Assembly: GCA_950097015.1 (NCBI GenBank)
Contig: CATNEN010000002.1
Coordinates: 2,728,001 to 2,792,000, forward strand
Reading direction: 5' to 3'
DNA: 64,000 bases
Source: Macrostomum hystrix
Lineage: Eukaryota; Animalia; Platyhelminthes
The position numbers and the translations under genes are program-made. This document shows, in pieces, positions 39,243 through 51,700 of this stretch. Positions within the stretch are counted from its first letter, which is position 1; every line of letters starts with the position of its first letter. The notes below the pieces were generated by a model that worked only from the letters and a program-made list of their open reading frames with translations, was not told the DNA's origin and made no database searches.

Positions 39243-41027
39243 AGTTCTTCTTCGGGCAGAAACGTTTGGGCAGGCTATTTAATCACATAAAACATGTAAA
39301 ACTGCTGCTTTGGTATGTGTCGTTACCTTCAATAAAGATAGGTGCGCTGTGTCTTCAAATTTTGGACACTTCGTCATCTTGCTAGAATCCGGAAGCTAAC
39401 TGCTAAAACTTCATCATCTAGGTGACGAAGTGTCCATGTCCAGGAACCTTAGGCCTATAACTTAATAACCTTGTTTCCACATAGTCCCTAAGTTGAATTC
39501 CACATTGAGGCCACATTTATTTGTACCACCTTTCTTATGGTATAGGCTAGTCAGTGTCTATATTAAGGTTCAAGACAACCTGAACGACTACACAACTAAA
39601 CCATTGTCTATTGTACTCAGCCCTCACCTCAAAATGAGTGCTATGGTATTTATCTTCTTTGTCCATATCGAGCCAGTCTTCCACTGTATACTCCTCAAAG
39701 AAAAGTAGGCCTAGCCTAGCCTTATTTCATTAGTAAGTACTTCTTACTTCTTATTTCTTACTAGAAAACAAAATATTTCATCCTTTTCTCTGCACTGTGT
39801 TCTGCCCTGAGGACTAGATAGGCCTATAAAAAAGGACTTAATCAGAGAAATGTCATTGTTGATTAGGGAATTTATGTTAGGCCCCTACACTTTAACTTTC
39901 AAATCCAAAGTCAGGTGCAGTGGGCAACTGAATTTGATATTGCTATTATGGAAGGTATTTTTAATTTGTTCTCAATTAGGCCCCTAATTGTCAAATAGAA
40001 TTAGCTATCCAATAGTGAATTTAAAAACATTTCTCACATGTAAGCCCACCTCATAATTTCCATATCTTATCCTCTCAAACTGCTTCACATACTACTCTAC
40101 CAACCCTAGCAAAAATTGATTTCTTCTAAAAATACTAAAAAAATAAATTTTAATTTGAACAGCTCATAGTGCAGCAATGAAAGATTTTTTATTACTGATT
40201 GGTGAACCTAAAATTTTATTTCTGAACAAATTAAACATAAAGCAGATTCATACTTATGTTCAGAGCAGTTCAGAAATTTGTTCTAAGAAAGCCTACTTCC
40301 AAAATCAAAATGCAAAGTCAAAGAGGAACATCACATTGAGAGGCCACCATCTTCATGTGTGTGTGCAAATTTGACTTCCTATGCACCATACAAAGCCTTA
40401 AGAATCTTGAACTACTTGCTCCTGACATTAAAGGCAATGTTGTTGCTGATGGTGAGAACAAAAGAGAAGATGATAAAGTGAAAGGAGACACTTGATGAGA
40501 AGTTGCTGATTTAGTTCTTTTTCCACTATAGTATAACTTGTCACTCCAAGCTATGCAGTTCCTCTTAAATGCGCTATGAATTTAGTCACAGATTATCTGT
40601 CTCTTAGACTATGGATTTAGTCACAGATTATCTGTCTCTTTGACTATACTTGCTAACAGTGGAGGAAGGGAAAAAGAGTGTCAAAGTTCTCAACATGCAC
40701 TGTATAGTTTGTATATTTTGGTATTGCATCAAACATTATCACATAAAAACCTGAATTAAACACATATTTATTTTCATAGACTGTCAATTAAAAATATATA
40801 TAATTTTTTTAAACTTTTGTTTTTACATTGAACAAGGTTTCTTGCATAATTAAGGCATAGAAAGAACAATACATGGCAAATTCTTTCTGGTTCATGGCCA
40901 GCATGATTTAGACTATAAAAGCCTACCAACTCCAATGTGGAATGTTAAAGACAATTTTATATGCTAATCTACACTCACTTTTTTCAGCTTGACTGATTTA
41001 TAGCCTCCAACGACATTGAAAAAAAAG

Positions 41028-41654
41028 ATGGATCTAATTTTCAATGCCCTGCGTGTTCTCACATTTCGAACTGTTTATGGAACAGCTGCAGCTAATCAAC
41101 AGCCAGAGCTGCCCCAAGCTGATATCGAGGCCCCAACTACTGACTCTGATAAGCAGCAGCAGCAGCAGAAAAAAACTCGCAGAACATTGGCGGGCAGTGA
41201 ATTGCGTTCTAAAACAAGAGTTGCTTCCACAGATGCCACTAATAGCAAGGATGTTGGCGTTTGGCAGCCCACACTACCTGCTTTGGTGCAGTCTGATTCA
41301 CCAACCGATCCTGATCCACAGACTGATCTAGAGACTGGTCCAGAGGCTAATCTAGAGACTGATCCACAGGCTAATCTAGAGACTGATCCACAGGCTAATC
41401 TAGAGGCTGATCCACAGGCTAATCTAGAGACTGGTCCACAGACTGATCTAGAGACTGGTCCACAGGCCGATCTTGAAACTGATCAGCAGGCGAACGATTT
41501 GGAGGCAACAAAGCTCCTTAATTTAAAGCCAGAGAACACGATTAAACAGCCCCTGGAGATTCTATATGAGAAAATTTCAACTTTTGCCAAGCCTCGTAAG
41601 TTGCGCCGTTATCAATTTATTATGAGGGATTCGTACAAAAATCCTGCGCTTTAA
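41028..41654 (+). CDS. Uncharacterised low-complexity ORF/exon with an in-frame 8-aa repeat (DPQANLET)n
   Basis: About 208 codons open, mostly outside the repeat; GTAAGT donor at 41596; no family recognised. Confidence 0.35.
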   Translation: MDLIFNALRVLTFRTVYGTAAANQQPELPQADIEAPTTDSDKQQQQQKKTRRTLAGSELRSKTRVASTDATNSKDVGVWQPTLPALVQSDSPTDPDPQTDLETGPEANLETDPQANLETDPQANLEADPQANLETGPQTDLETGPQADLETDQQANDLEATKLLNLKPENTIKQPLEILYEKISTFAKPRKLRRYQFIMRDSYKNPAL

Positions 41655-43104
41655 CCTCTTTAGTTGTGATTCCCTAATTATGTTCCTTAAAGTTTGAACT
41701 TTTCAATTTCACATAATCCCTGGTATTGATTCCTACAATGCCTGACCCGATCCTCAGTTAACCGATTTCTTCATCCAGAATCCACTACACAATCGCCCGC
41801 GCACCGACCGCCTTCCTTCAGTTCGCTGGGACTCCACCGGCTGCTCGCTGGCAAATCCGAGACTTCACCTGGCGGAATCATCGCCCAGCTCTTGTAGCTT
41901 CCAGTTGATCAGCGGCGGCTGCGGCTACCTCATCAGCGTGACCGTCTGCCAGGAGGCTCCACCGGACAGTCCCCTGACTGTCAGCTGCGATCCGGCTGTG
42001 CCTGAGCTGGCGAGCATCTGGGACCAGCTGGTGGAACCCGGCGCCGCCTGCGCGGCTGATGCCATCTTGGAGCAGTCGCTGATGATCGCAGCTGCAGGGC
42101 TGGCCTGATGCATTTTCTAAGAAATCCTTAGCTCGCGGCTTCATGGTTAATTAGTGGTCGTAGCTTCTTTAATGTTGGTCATGTGATTGACCAACCATTT
42201 TTTATGGTCATGTCAGTCGTCATTGCTTCCTATATTATGCCCATATAATCATGCAGTTGTCACTTGTTCGTAAAATGGTAATAAAACATGGTTTTGATCA
42301 TACAAGCTTTGTCTCAATCATAAAGGTTGTTTGTCGTACCTCAGTTTATAGGTTGCAGCATTTTTTAAGTACTTTCAAAAGCAGCTCAAAATGGAAGCGC
42401 ATTCTTTTGCTAAAGCTGAATCTTTCACTGCTTTGAGCTAGTTAACCAGTGTTTTGAATTTCATGTTATCCAGAATTTACACTTCTACGATTTTCAGTCG
42501 GGTGCTCGATATATTTTTGAGCAGCTCGCATGGTCGCATTAAAACAATTGGCATTTTTATAATTTTTTAATTCAACTTTTTAAACTATTTCGCAATTACA
42601 CTGCTGTCAGTAGCACTAATGTGTGTTTAGGTGCACGTTTTTTATGTCATCTAAAGCCGCTAAAATTGCACTTAAATATTTAATCGTGTCTTTGTTGTCT
42701 CAATGTCCAATTAACTGTTCGTGTTGTCCGCCATAATTATACGATCGAAAAAACTTGAAAAAATTGTAAAACAATGGAAGTTTTTTCTCTTTGTTACCTG
42801 GATTTTTAGCTATGCAACGAAAATTTTCTTTCTCAGTGACGAGTTGCATATTCACCCAAGATATAGACTACAAATATATACGCCAGGGGTTTTCCTGAGC
42901 GCTAAAAATAGAAATATCGATCAAGCCATTCCAGATAGAATGTACATTCTACGCGTGCTTCTCGGCAGCGCTTTCTCATGTGGGGTTTTCCAGGGTGCTA
43001 AAAATAGACGCTGCGGCCGCCTAGCCTGTTTCTTAGTGGCAAATTCTAAAAAGCGAAGAAAATTGCAAGAACGCAGTAATTGACTACTATTTAGTAGCTG
43101 CAGT

Positions 43105-43560
43105 AGCTCAGATCCTCAGATTGCTGTAAGCCTTCTATCAGATTCTCAAGTAATCGGGTTGTCATGTAAAATTATGTAATCATCTTCTCAGATCTTCAGA
43201 TTACTGTAATCATCCTCTCTGATCTTCAGATTACTGTAATCATCCTCTCTGATCTTCAGATTACTGTAATCATCCTCTCTGATCCTCAGATTACTATAAT
43301 CATCCTCTCAGATCCTTAGATTACTGTAATCATCCTCTCAGATCCTCAGATTACTGTAATCATCCTCTCTGATCCTTAGATTACTGTAATCATCCTCTCT
43401 GATCCTTAGATTACTGTAATCATCCTCTCTGATCCTTAGATTACTGTAATCATCCTCTCTGATCCTTAGATTACTATAGTCATCCTCTAAGAGCCTCAGA
43501 TTACTGTGGTCATCCACTTAGATCTTCAGATTACTGTAATTATCATCCCAGATCCTCAGA
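43105..43560. repeat. 30-bp minisatellite (GATCCTCAGATTACTGTAATCATCCTCTCW)n
   Basis: Tandem periodicity. Confidence 0.9.
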
Positions 43561-43799
43561 AGACCACCACCCGCGCGCCAACACTGCTACAGTGTACAGT
43601 TATGCGATATAACTTAAAGCCAAAAAAGTTGCAGCAAATACTGGGTGGGAGAGAGCGGGCATCGGAAGCAGTTTTTTTTGCGTAAAATCGTTTCAGGGAA
43701 AACTTACAAGTGCTTTTTTAACAATACGTGCCCGTGAATTTAAGGTGTATAAACTGTTGACTGTAGCAAAATTATTGTGATGTAAAATGTATGTTGGAT

Positions 43800-45375
43800 T
43801 AGAGACATGGAATCAGTGATAGATACACGAGAATCAGTGATTGATACACGAAAATCAGTGATAGATCCATGAGAATCAGTGATAGATACACGAGAATCAG
43901 TGATAGATACATGAGAATCAGTGATTGATACACGAAAATCAGTGATAGATCCATGAGAATCAGTGATAGATACATGAGAGTCAGTGATAGATACACGAGA
44001 ATCAGTGATAGATACACGAGAATCAGTGATAGATACATGAGAATCAGTGATAGATACACGAGAATCAGTGATAGATACATGAGAATCAGTGATAGATACA
44101 CGAGAATCAGTGATAGATACACGAGAATCTGTGATAGATACATGAGAATCAGTGATAGATACACGAGAATCAGTGATAGATACATGAGAATCAGTGATAG
44201 ATACATGAGAATCAGTGATAGATACATGAGAATCAGTGATAGATACACGAGAATCAGTGATAGATACATGAGAATCAGTGATAGATACACGAGAATCAGT
44301 GATAGATACATGAGAATCAGTGATTGATACACGAAAATCAGTGATAGATCCATGAGAATCAGTGATAGATACATGAGAGTCAGTGATAGATACACGAGAA
44401 TCAGTGATAGATACACGAGAATCAGTGATAGATACACGAGAATCAGTGATAGATACATGAGAATCAGTGATTGATACACGAAAATCAGTGATAGATCCAT
44501 GAGAATCAGTGATAGATACATGAGAGTCAGTGATAGATACACGAGAATCAGTGATAGATACACGAGAATCAGTGATAGATACACGAGAATCAGTGATAGA
44601 TACATGAGAATCAGTGATAGATACATGAGAATCAGTGATAGATACACGAGAATCAGTGATAGATACATGAGAATCAGTGATTGATACACGAAAATCAGTG
44701 ATAGATCCATGAGAATCAGTGATAGATACATGAGAGTCAGTGATAGATACACGAGAATCAGTGATAGATACACGAGAATCAGTGATAGATACATGAGAAT
44801 CAGTGATAGATACACGAGAATCAGTGATAGATACACGAGAATCTGTGATAGATACATGAGAATCAGTGATAGATACACGAGAATCAGTAATAGATACATG
44901 AGAATCAGTGATAGATACATGAGAATCAGTGATAGATACACGAGAATCAGTGATAGATACACGAGAATCAGTGATAGATACATGAGAATCAGTGATAGAT
45001 ACACGAGAATCAGTGATAGATCCATGAGAATCAGTGATAGATACATGAGAGTCAGTGATAGATACATGAGAGTCAGTGATATATACACGAGAATCAGTGA
45101 TAGATACACGAGAATCAGTGATAGATACATGAGAATCAGTGATAGATACACGAGAATCAGTGATAGATACACGAGAATCTGTGATAGATACATGAGAATC
45201 AGTGATAGATACACGAGAATCAGTGATAGATACATGAGAATTGCAGTGATAGATACACGAGAATCAGTGATAGATACACGAGAATCAGTGATAGATACAT
45301 GAGAATCAGTGATAGATACATGAGAATCAGTGATAGATACATGAGAATCAGTGATAGATACATGAGAATCAGTGA
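43800..45375. repeat. 21-bp minisatellite (GAGAATCAGTGATAGATACAY)n, about 75 copies
   Basis: Tandem periodicity; explains the 530-aa ORF 43799..45391. Confidence 0.97.
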
Positions 45376-45730
45376 TGGATAACATCGTCAAGCTGTACAG
45401 AGGAACAATTTACGAGGGGCCAGTATTTTTATTGAGTTTAAACTCAGGGGCTGATACACGGACTTGGGTAGAGGCAACGGCATTGAGGCAATGGATGAGT
45501 GAGAGTCAAGGGCATTGGCTTGCAGCTGGGTGTCGAATGAGCTGCATGCAAAGATAGGCTGCGAAAAATTGCTTCTCAAATGCCAATGCCGTGCCAGCTG
45601 CAAATGCCAGATTCCCATCACCAAACTCGCAAGAGCCTATAAATTTTCGGGGCAAATATTTTCGTCAGTCTAAATTTAGAACTTTTGTTGATATTTTTCA
45701 AGCTTTTTGACTTTTTTAACGCAGAAATAA

Positions 45731-48700
45731 ATGGAAACACTAGAGGACTTGGAAAAGTTTTGTAAGCCATTCGATTTCGAAGTTAATGGACAGCAAGTAC
45801 GGTAGGTGTGATTATAACTAAAAGTGATGAGGTGGATTGATGGATTGTGATGAGGTGGATTGATGGAAATTGTAATGAGGTGGATTGATGGAAATTGTGA
45901 TGAGGTGGATTGATGGACTCTGATGAGGTGGATGGATTGTGATGAGGTGGATGGATTGTGATGAGGCGGATGGATTGTGATGAGGTGGATGGATTGTGAT
46001 GAGGCGGATGGATTGTGATGAGGTGGATGGATTGTGATGAGGCGGATGGATTGTGATGAGGCGGATGGATTGTGATGAGGCGGATGGATTGTGATGAGGT
46101 GGATTGATGGATTGTGATGAGGCGGATGGAATGTGATGAGGCGGATGGATTGTGATGAGGTGGATGGATTGTGATGAGGCGGATGGATTGTGATGAGGCG
46201 GATGGATTGTGATGAGGCGGATGGATTGTGATGAGGCGGATGGAATGTGATGAGGTGGTTGGATTGTGATGAGGCGGATGGATTGTGATGAGGTGGATGG
46301 ATTGTGATGAGGTGGATGGATTGTGATGAGGCGGATGGATTGTGATGAGGCGGATGGATTGTGATGAGGTGGATTGATGGATTGTGATGAGGAGGATTGA
46401 TGGATTGTGATGAGGTGGATGGATTGTGATGAGGTGGATGGATTGTGATGAGGTGGATGGATTGTGATGAGGCGGATGGAATGTGATGAGGCGGATGGAA
46501 TGTGATGAGGCGGATGGATTGTGATGAGGTGGATGGATTGTGATGAGGCGGATGGATTGTGATGAGGCGGATGGATTGTGATGAGGTGGATTGATGGATT
46601 GTGATGAGGAGGATGGATTGTGATGAGGCGGATGGAATGTGATGAGGCGGATGGATTGTGATGAGGCGGATGGATTGTGATGAGGCGGATGGAATGTGAT
46701 GAGGCGGATGGATTGTGATGAGGCGGATGGATTGTGATGAGGCGGATGGATTGTGATGAGGCGGATGGATTGTGATGAGGTGGATTGATGGATTGTGATG
46801 AGGAGGATGGATTGTGATGAGGCGGATGGAATGTGATGAGGCGGATGGATTGTGATGAGGCGGATGGATTGTGATGAGGTGGATTGATGGATTGTGATGA
46901 GGCGGATGGATTGTGATGAGGCGGATGGAATGTGATGAGGCGGATGGATTGTGATGAGGCGGATGGATTGTGATGAGGCGGATGGATTGTGATGAGGTGG
47001 ATTGATGGATTGTGATGAGGAGGATGGATTGTGATGAGGCGGATGGAATGTGATGAGGCGGATGGATTGTGATGAGGCGGATGGATTGTGATGAGGCGGA
47101 TGGATTTTGATGAGGTGGATTGATGGATTGTGATGAGGCGGATGGATTTTGATGAGGTGGATTGATGGATTGTGATGAGGCGGATGGATTGTGATGAGGT
47201 GGATTGATGGATTGTGATGAGTTGGTTTCGGATTGTTACTGTTTGGAAAATTGGAAAACAAGCTTGACAAAAGCCCAGCATTCTGCCTCCAGCGCTGATC
47301 TGCCAGCAGAGATGAAGAGAGACACTAGCAGCAACCTATGGACAGTTCTGAAGAACTGCATTGGCAAGGTCGCTATCTATTTGAAGACCATATTTACTTT
47401 TCTCTCCTCTACTAGTCAGCATTTCCGTTGCCATGCCAACCACCCACCCACCCCACTGTAGGAGCTCAGTGGCATCACTATGCCGGTGAGTTTCAACGAG
47501 CCATTATCATTCCTGCAGCGGCTGTGCGAACCGTTGGAGTATTCGCACCTGCTGTTCAAGGCTGAGAGCTGCGAATGTGTCTTGGGTCGCTTAGAGGTGA
47601 GAATCTTTGTTTGGGATTGTAGCTATCCGAATAGGAGATTTTTGGTTTTATCTTTCATATACTAAGAATAGCATATTCTCATATCCCAGCTCAAAGCAAA
47701 TGGATGGCCCCTCAGTCTGATCTCCTTTGGGAATTGGTTCCCCCTTTTGTCTGCAGAAATTTCTCATTCCAACTGTTGTATATCATCAAAGCTCTTTAGA
47801 TGAGAAACTTACGCATTGCCTGTACTCCCTCTCTCTTTCGTTCCATTTGCCATGCCCTCTGCAGCCCTCTCTCCACTCTGATCTGCATGCTGTTGTGTGT
47901 TTACTCACCAGCTAAAGTGCAAAAGTACCATTCTAGCTGCAATATTCCATGCAACATTTCTGCCTAGTCAGCTCAGCTCCGCAACTGAACTCAGAGCTCA
48001 GCTCCCTCTCCTTCTCCCTCTCCCTCTCCTTCTCCCTCTCCTTCTTCCTCTCCCTCTCCTTCTCCCTCTCCCTCTCCTTCTCCCTCTCCTTCTCCCTCTC
48101 CTTCTCCCTCTCCTTCTCCCTCTCCCTCTCCTTCTCCTTCTCCCTCTCCTTCTCCCTCTCCCTCTCCTTCTCCTTCTCCTTCTCCCTCTCCTTCTCCCTC
48201 TCCTTCTCCCTCTCCTTCTCCCTCTCCCTCTCCTTCTCCCTCTCCTTCTCCTTCTCCCTCTCCTTCTCCCTCTCCTTCTCCTTCTCCCTCTCCTTCTCCC
48301 TCTCCCTCTCCTTCTCCCTCTCCTTCTCCTTCTCCCTCTCCTTCTCCCTCTCCTTCTCCTTCTCCTTCTCCTTCTCCTTCTCCTTCTCCTTCTCCTTCTC
48401 CCCCTCCCTCTCCTTCTCCTTCTCCTTCTCCTTCTCCTTCTCCCTCTCCCTCTCCTTCTCCTTCTCCTTCTCCCTCTCCTTCTCCTTCTCCTTCTCCCTC
48501 TCCTCCCCCTCCCTCTCCCCTCCTTCTCCCTCTCCTTCTCCTTCTCCTTCTCCCTCTCCTCCCCCTCCCTCTCCCCTCCTTCTCCCTCTCCTTCTCCTTC
48601 TCCTTCTCCTTCTCCTTCTCCTTCTCCCTCTCCCCTCCTTCTCCCTCTCCTTCTCCGTATCCTTCTCCCTCTCCCTCTCCCTCTCCGTCTCCCACTCCTT

Positions 48701-51700
48701 CTCCCTCTACTCCTGGTGGTGCAATCAATTATCGAATTCCATTAATTTTGGCCGCGTCGAACTGCAGCTGGTTTCTGCCTTCACGGTAGCCTCCGCCGCC
48801 AGCAACTGGAGACGCCTGTGCAAGCCCTTCAATCCGTTGCTTGGGGAAACCTACGAATTGGACAGGCAAGATCTGCTTCGCTTGTACTTTTGTGTGTGTG
48901 GCCATTATTAATTTTGTTTTCGATGTCTCAAACGACTATAAAAATAGCTGATAGAACATCTGACAGGATATTTCACAGCCACGCCCCAGCCCTTGCAGGG
49001 TTTGAAGATTAGCAGCGATAATCCACCTGACCCCATGCAAGTCTAACATTTGCTGCACCAACAATCAACAACATTGTCGCTTCTATACATGAGTAACTGG
49101 GGTTATTGTCCTTAAATTGAGAAATGATAAGCACAATGATTTCCACATTTGCTTTTTCTCCACTCTAACTAAACCTTCGACATTCAGATAGACAAACTCA
49201 TAATAATATATCTTCAGTAAGAGTAAGAAAGATTCGTGAGGAACTGGTTCAAGAAAAAAATTGGGAAGAGAGATTTTGAAAAGAGATTCGGGAAAAGAGA
49301 TTCAGGAAGAGAGTTTCGGGAAGATAGATTCGGGAAGAGAGATTCCGTAAGAGAGATTCGGGAAGAGAGATTCCGTAAGAGAGATTCGGGAAGAGAGATT
49401 CCGTAAGAGAGATTCGGGAAGAGAGATTCCGGAAGAGCGATTCGGGAAGAGCGATTCGGTGAGTTTGGCTTAAAGTGAGGGCAATTTATAATTGGAACAT
49501 CGCTTTTAAAACCCATTGTGACATTGTCATAATATCTGTTCCCTCTATATTAAGACCAATTGTTGCTTAATAAAAGACAATGGCAGGGCGGATTGCTATT
49601 GACTAGATGAATGCCATGCATCAGACAAAAATGCACCGGCTGCATTCGAAACTCAGCTTCCACTCGCACCTGCAGGTGTTGTGTAGCCCTGACACTCAAC
49701 ACAATTCCTAAAATTTTTAGAACAATAAATGAATTCGCTATTGAAGAGTTAGTTTTTTTAATTTACTTCTTGATTTATATATTCCACCTTAGCTCCTCCC
49801 AGCTTATAATGCTAGTCTGTCTATAATTCCATCTGAGAAAGTGCATTTGTGATGTCAAGTCAGTGTCAGGTCAGTGTCAGGTCAGTGTCAGGTCAGTGTC
49901 AGGTCAGTGTCAGGTCAGTGTCAGGTCAGTGTCAAGTCAGTGTCAGGTCAGTGTCAAGTCAGTGTCAGGTCAGTGTCAGGTTAGGGTCAGATCAGTGTCA
50001 AGTCAGTGTCAGGTCAGTGTCAGGTTAGGGTCAGATCAGTGTCAAGTCAGTGTCAGGTCAGTGTCAGTGTCAAGTCTGTGATCTGGGTATATAAAATGAG
50101 TGTTTAGTATTCTTTGGATTCACCAACTTCTGTTGCTATTTTTAGAAGCAAAGACCGGGGTTTCCGCATGGTATGCGAGCAAGTCTGCCACCATCCGCCA
50201 ATCAGCGCCTTTCACGCCGAGGCAGTCGACGGATCGTGGCGCTTCCGCGGCAGCGTGAATCCCAGGCTCACCTTCTGGGGCAAGTCGATTGAGATCGACC
50301 CGCGCGGGGACCTCACGCTGGAATTTCCCAGACGGGGAGAGGCTTTCACATGGCGCAATGTCTCCTGCAAGATACACAACGTGATTGTGGGCAAAATGTG
50401 GATTGAAAGTGTGAGCTGTGTTGGCTTTGACTGTCTGTTTAATACCTGTATATCGGGATCTGAGGATTGGGATCTGAGGATTAGGATCTGAGGATCGGGA
50501 TCTGGGGATCGGGATCTGGGGATCGGGATCTGTGGATCGGGATCTGGGGATTGGGATCTGGGGATCGGGATTTTGGGATCGGGATCTGGGGATCGGGATC
50601 TGGGGATCGGGATCTGGGGATCGGAATCTGGGGATCGGGATCTGGGGATCGGGATCTGGGGATCGGGATCTGGGGATCGGGATCTGGGGCTCGGGATCTG
50701 GGGATCGGGATCTGGGGATCGGGATTTTGGGATCGGGATCTGGGGCTCGGGATCTGGGGATCGGGATTTTGGGATCTATGAAAGCTTACTCCAACTTATG
50801 CTATGTACCTTTGCTTATTTAAAGTTACTAAATTACACTTGCTGAATCTTAGTTCGGCAACAGTGTGATTCGGAGTCACAGCACTGGCCACCGTGTCGAA
50901 CTCAACTGGCACCTGACTTCCTGGCGCAACAGCGGTCGTCACCGGGTTGACGGCTGCATCCTTGACCACGGCAAGACAAAGCTCAGAGCTCTGTATGGAA
51001 AATGGCATGACGCCTTCTACAGGTGCGACTGGGTGAGAGACACGAGAGTCAGTGGGTGAGAGACATGACAGTGGTTGAGAGACACGAGAGTCACTGGGTG
51101 AGAGACATGAGAGTCACTGGGTGAGAGACATGAGAGTCAGTGGGTGAGAGACACGAGAGTCACTGGGTGAGAGACACGAGAGTCAGTGGGTGAGAGACAC
51201 GAGAGTCAGTGGGTGAGAGACACGAGAGTCACTGGGTGAGAGACATGAGAGTCACTGGGTGAGAGACACGAGAGTCAGTGGGTGAGAGACACGAGAGTCA
51301 GTGGGTGAGAGACATGAGAGTCACTGGGTGAGAGACATGAGAGTCACTGGGTGAGAGACATGAGAGTCACTGGGTGAGAGACACGAGAGTCACTGGGTGA
51401 GAGACATGAGAGTCACTGGGTGAGAGACATGAGAGTCAGTGGGTGAGAGACACGAGAGTCACTGGGTGAGAGACACGAGAGTCAGTGGGTGAGAGACACG
51501 AGAGTCACTGGGTGAGAGACACGAGAGTCAGTGGGTGAGAGACATGAGAGTCAGTGGGTGAGAGACACGAGAGTCACTGGGTGAGAGACATGAGAGTCAC
51601 TGGGTGAGAGACACGAGAGTCACTGGGTGAGAGACACGAGAGTCAGTGGGTGAGAGACACGAGAGTCACTGGGTGAGAGACACGAGAGTCAGTGGGTGAG

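Noticed and set aside
42885-43010. 27-bp direct repeat GGGGTTTTCC..G.GCTAAAAATAGA as hAT termini
   Set aside because: The copies are direct rather than inverted, and no TSD or matching opposite end was found.
43799-45391. 530-aa ORF and similar long repetitive ORFs (280..1109, 10515..11153, 13208..14058, 26475..27520, 30799..31318, 45783..47281, 47897..48911, 60768..61997)
   Set aside because: They coincide with tandem arrays whose units lack stops, are open in several frames or strands, and many lie inside introns of well-supported genes.
41028-45730. 41-kb ORF as the N-terminal part of the OSBP-like protein
   Set aside because: An in-frame TAA precedes the ATG at 45731, and the ORF has no PH, ankyrin or FFAT features.
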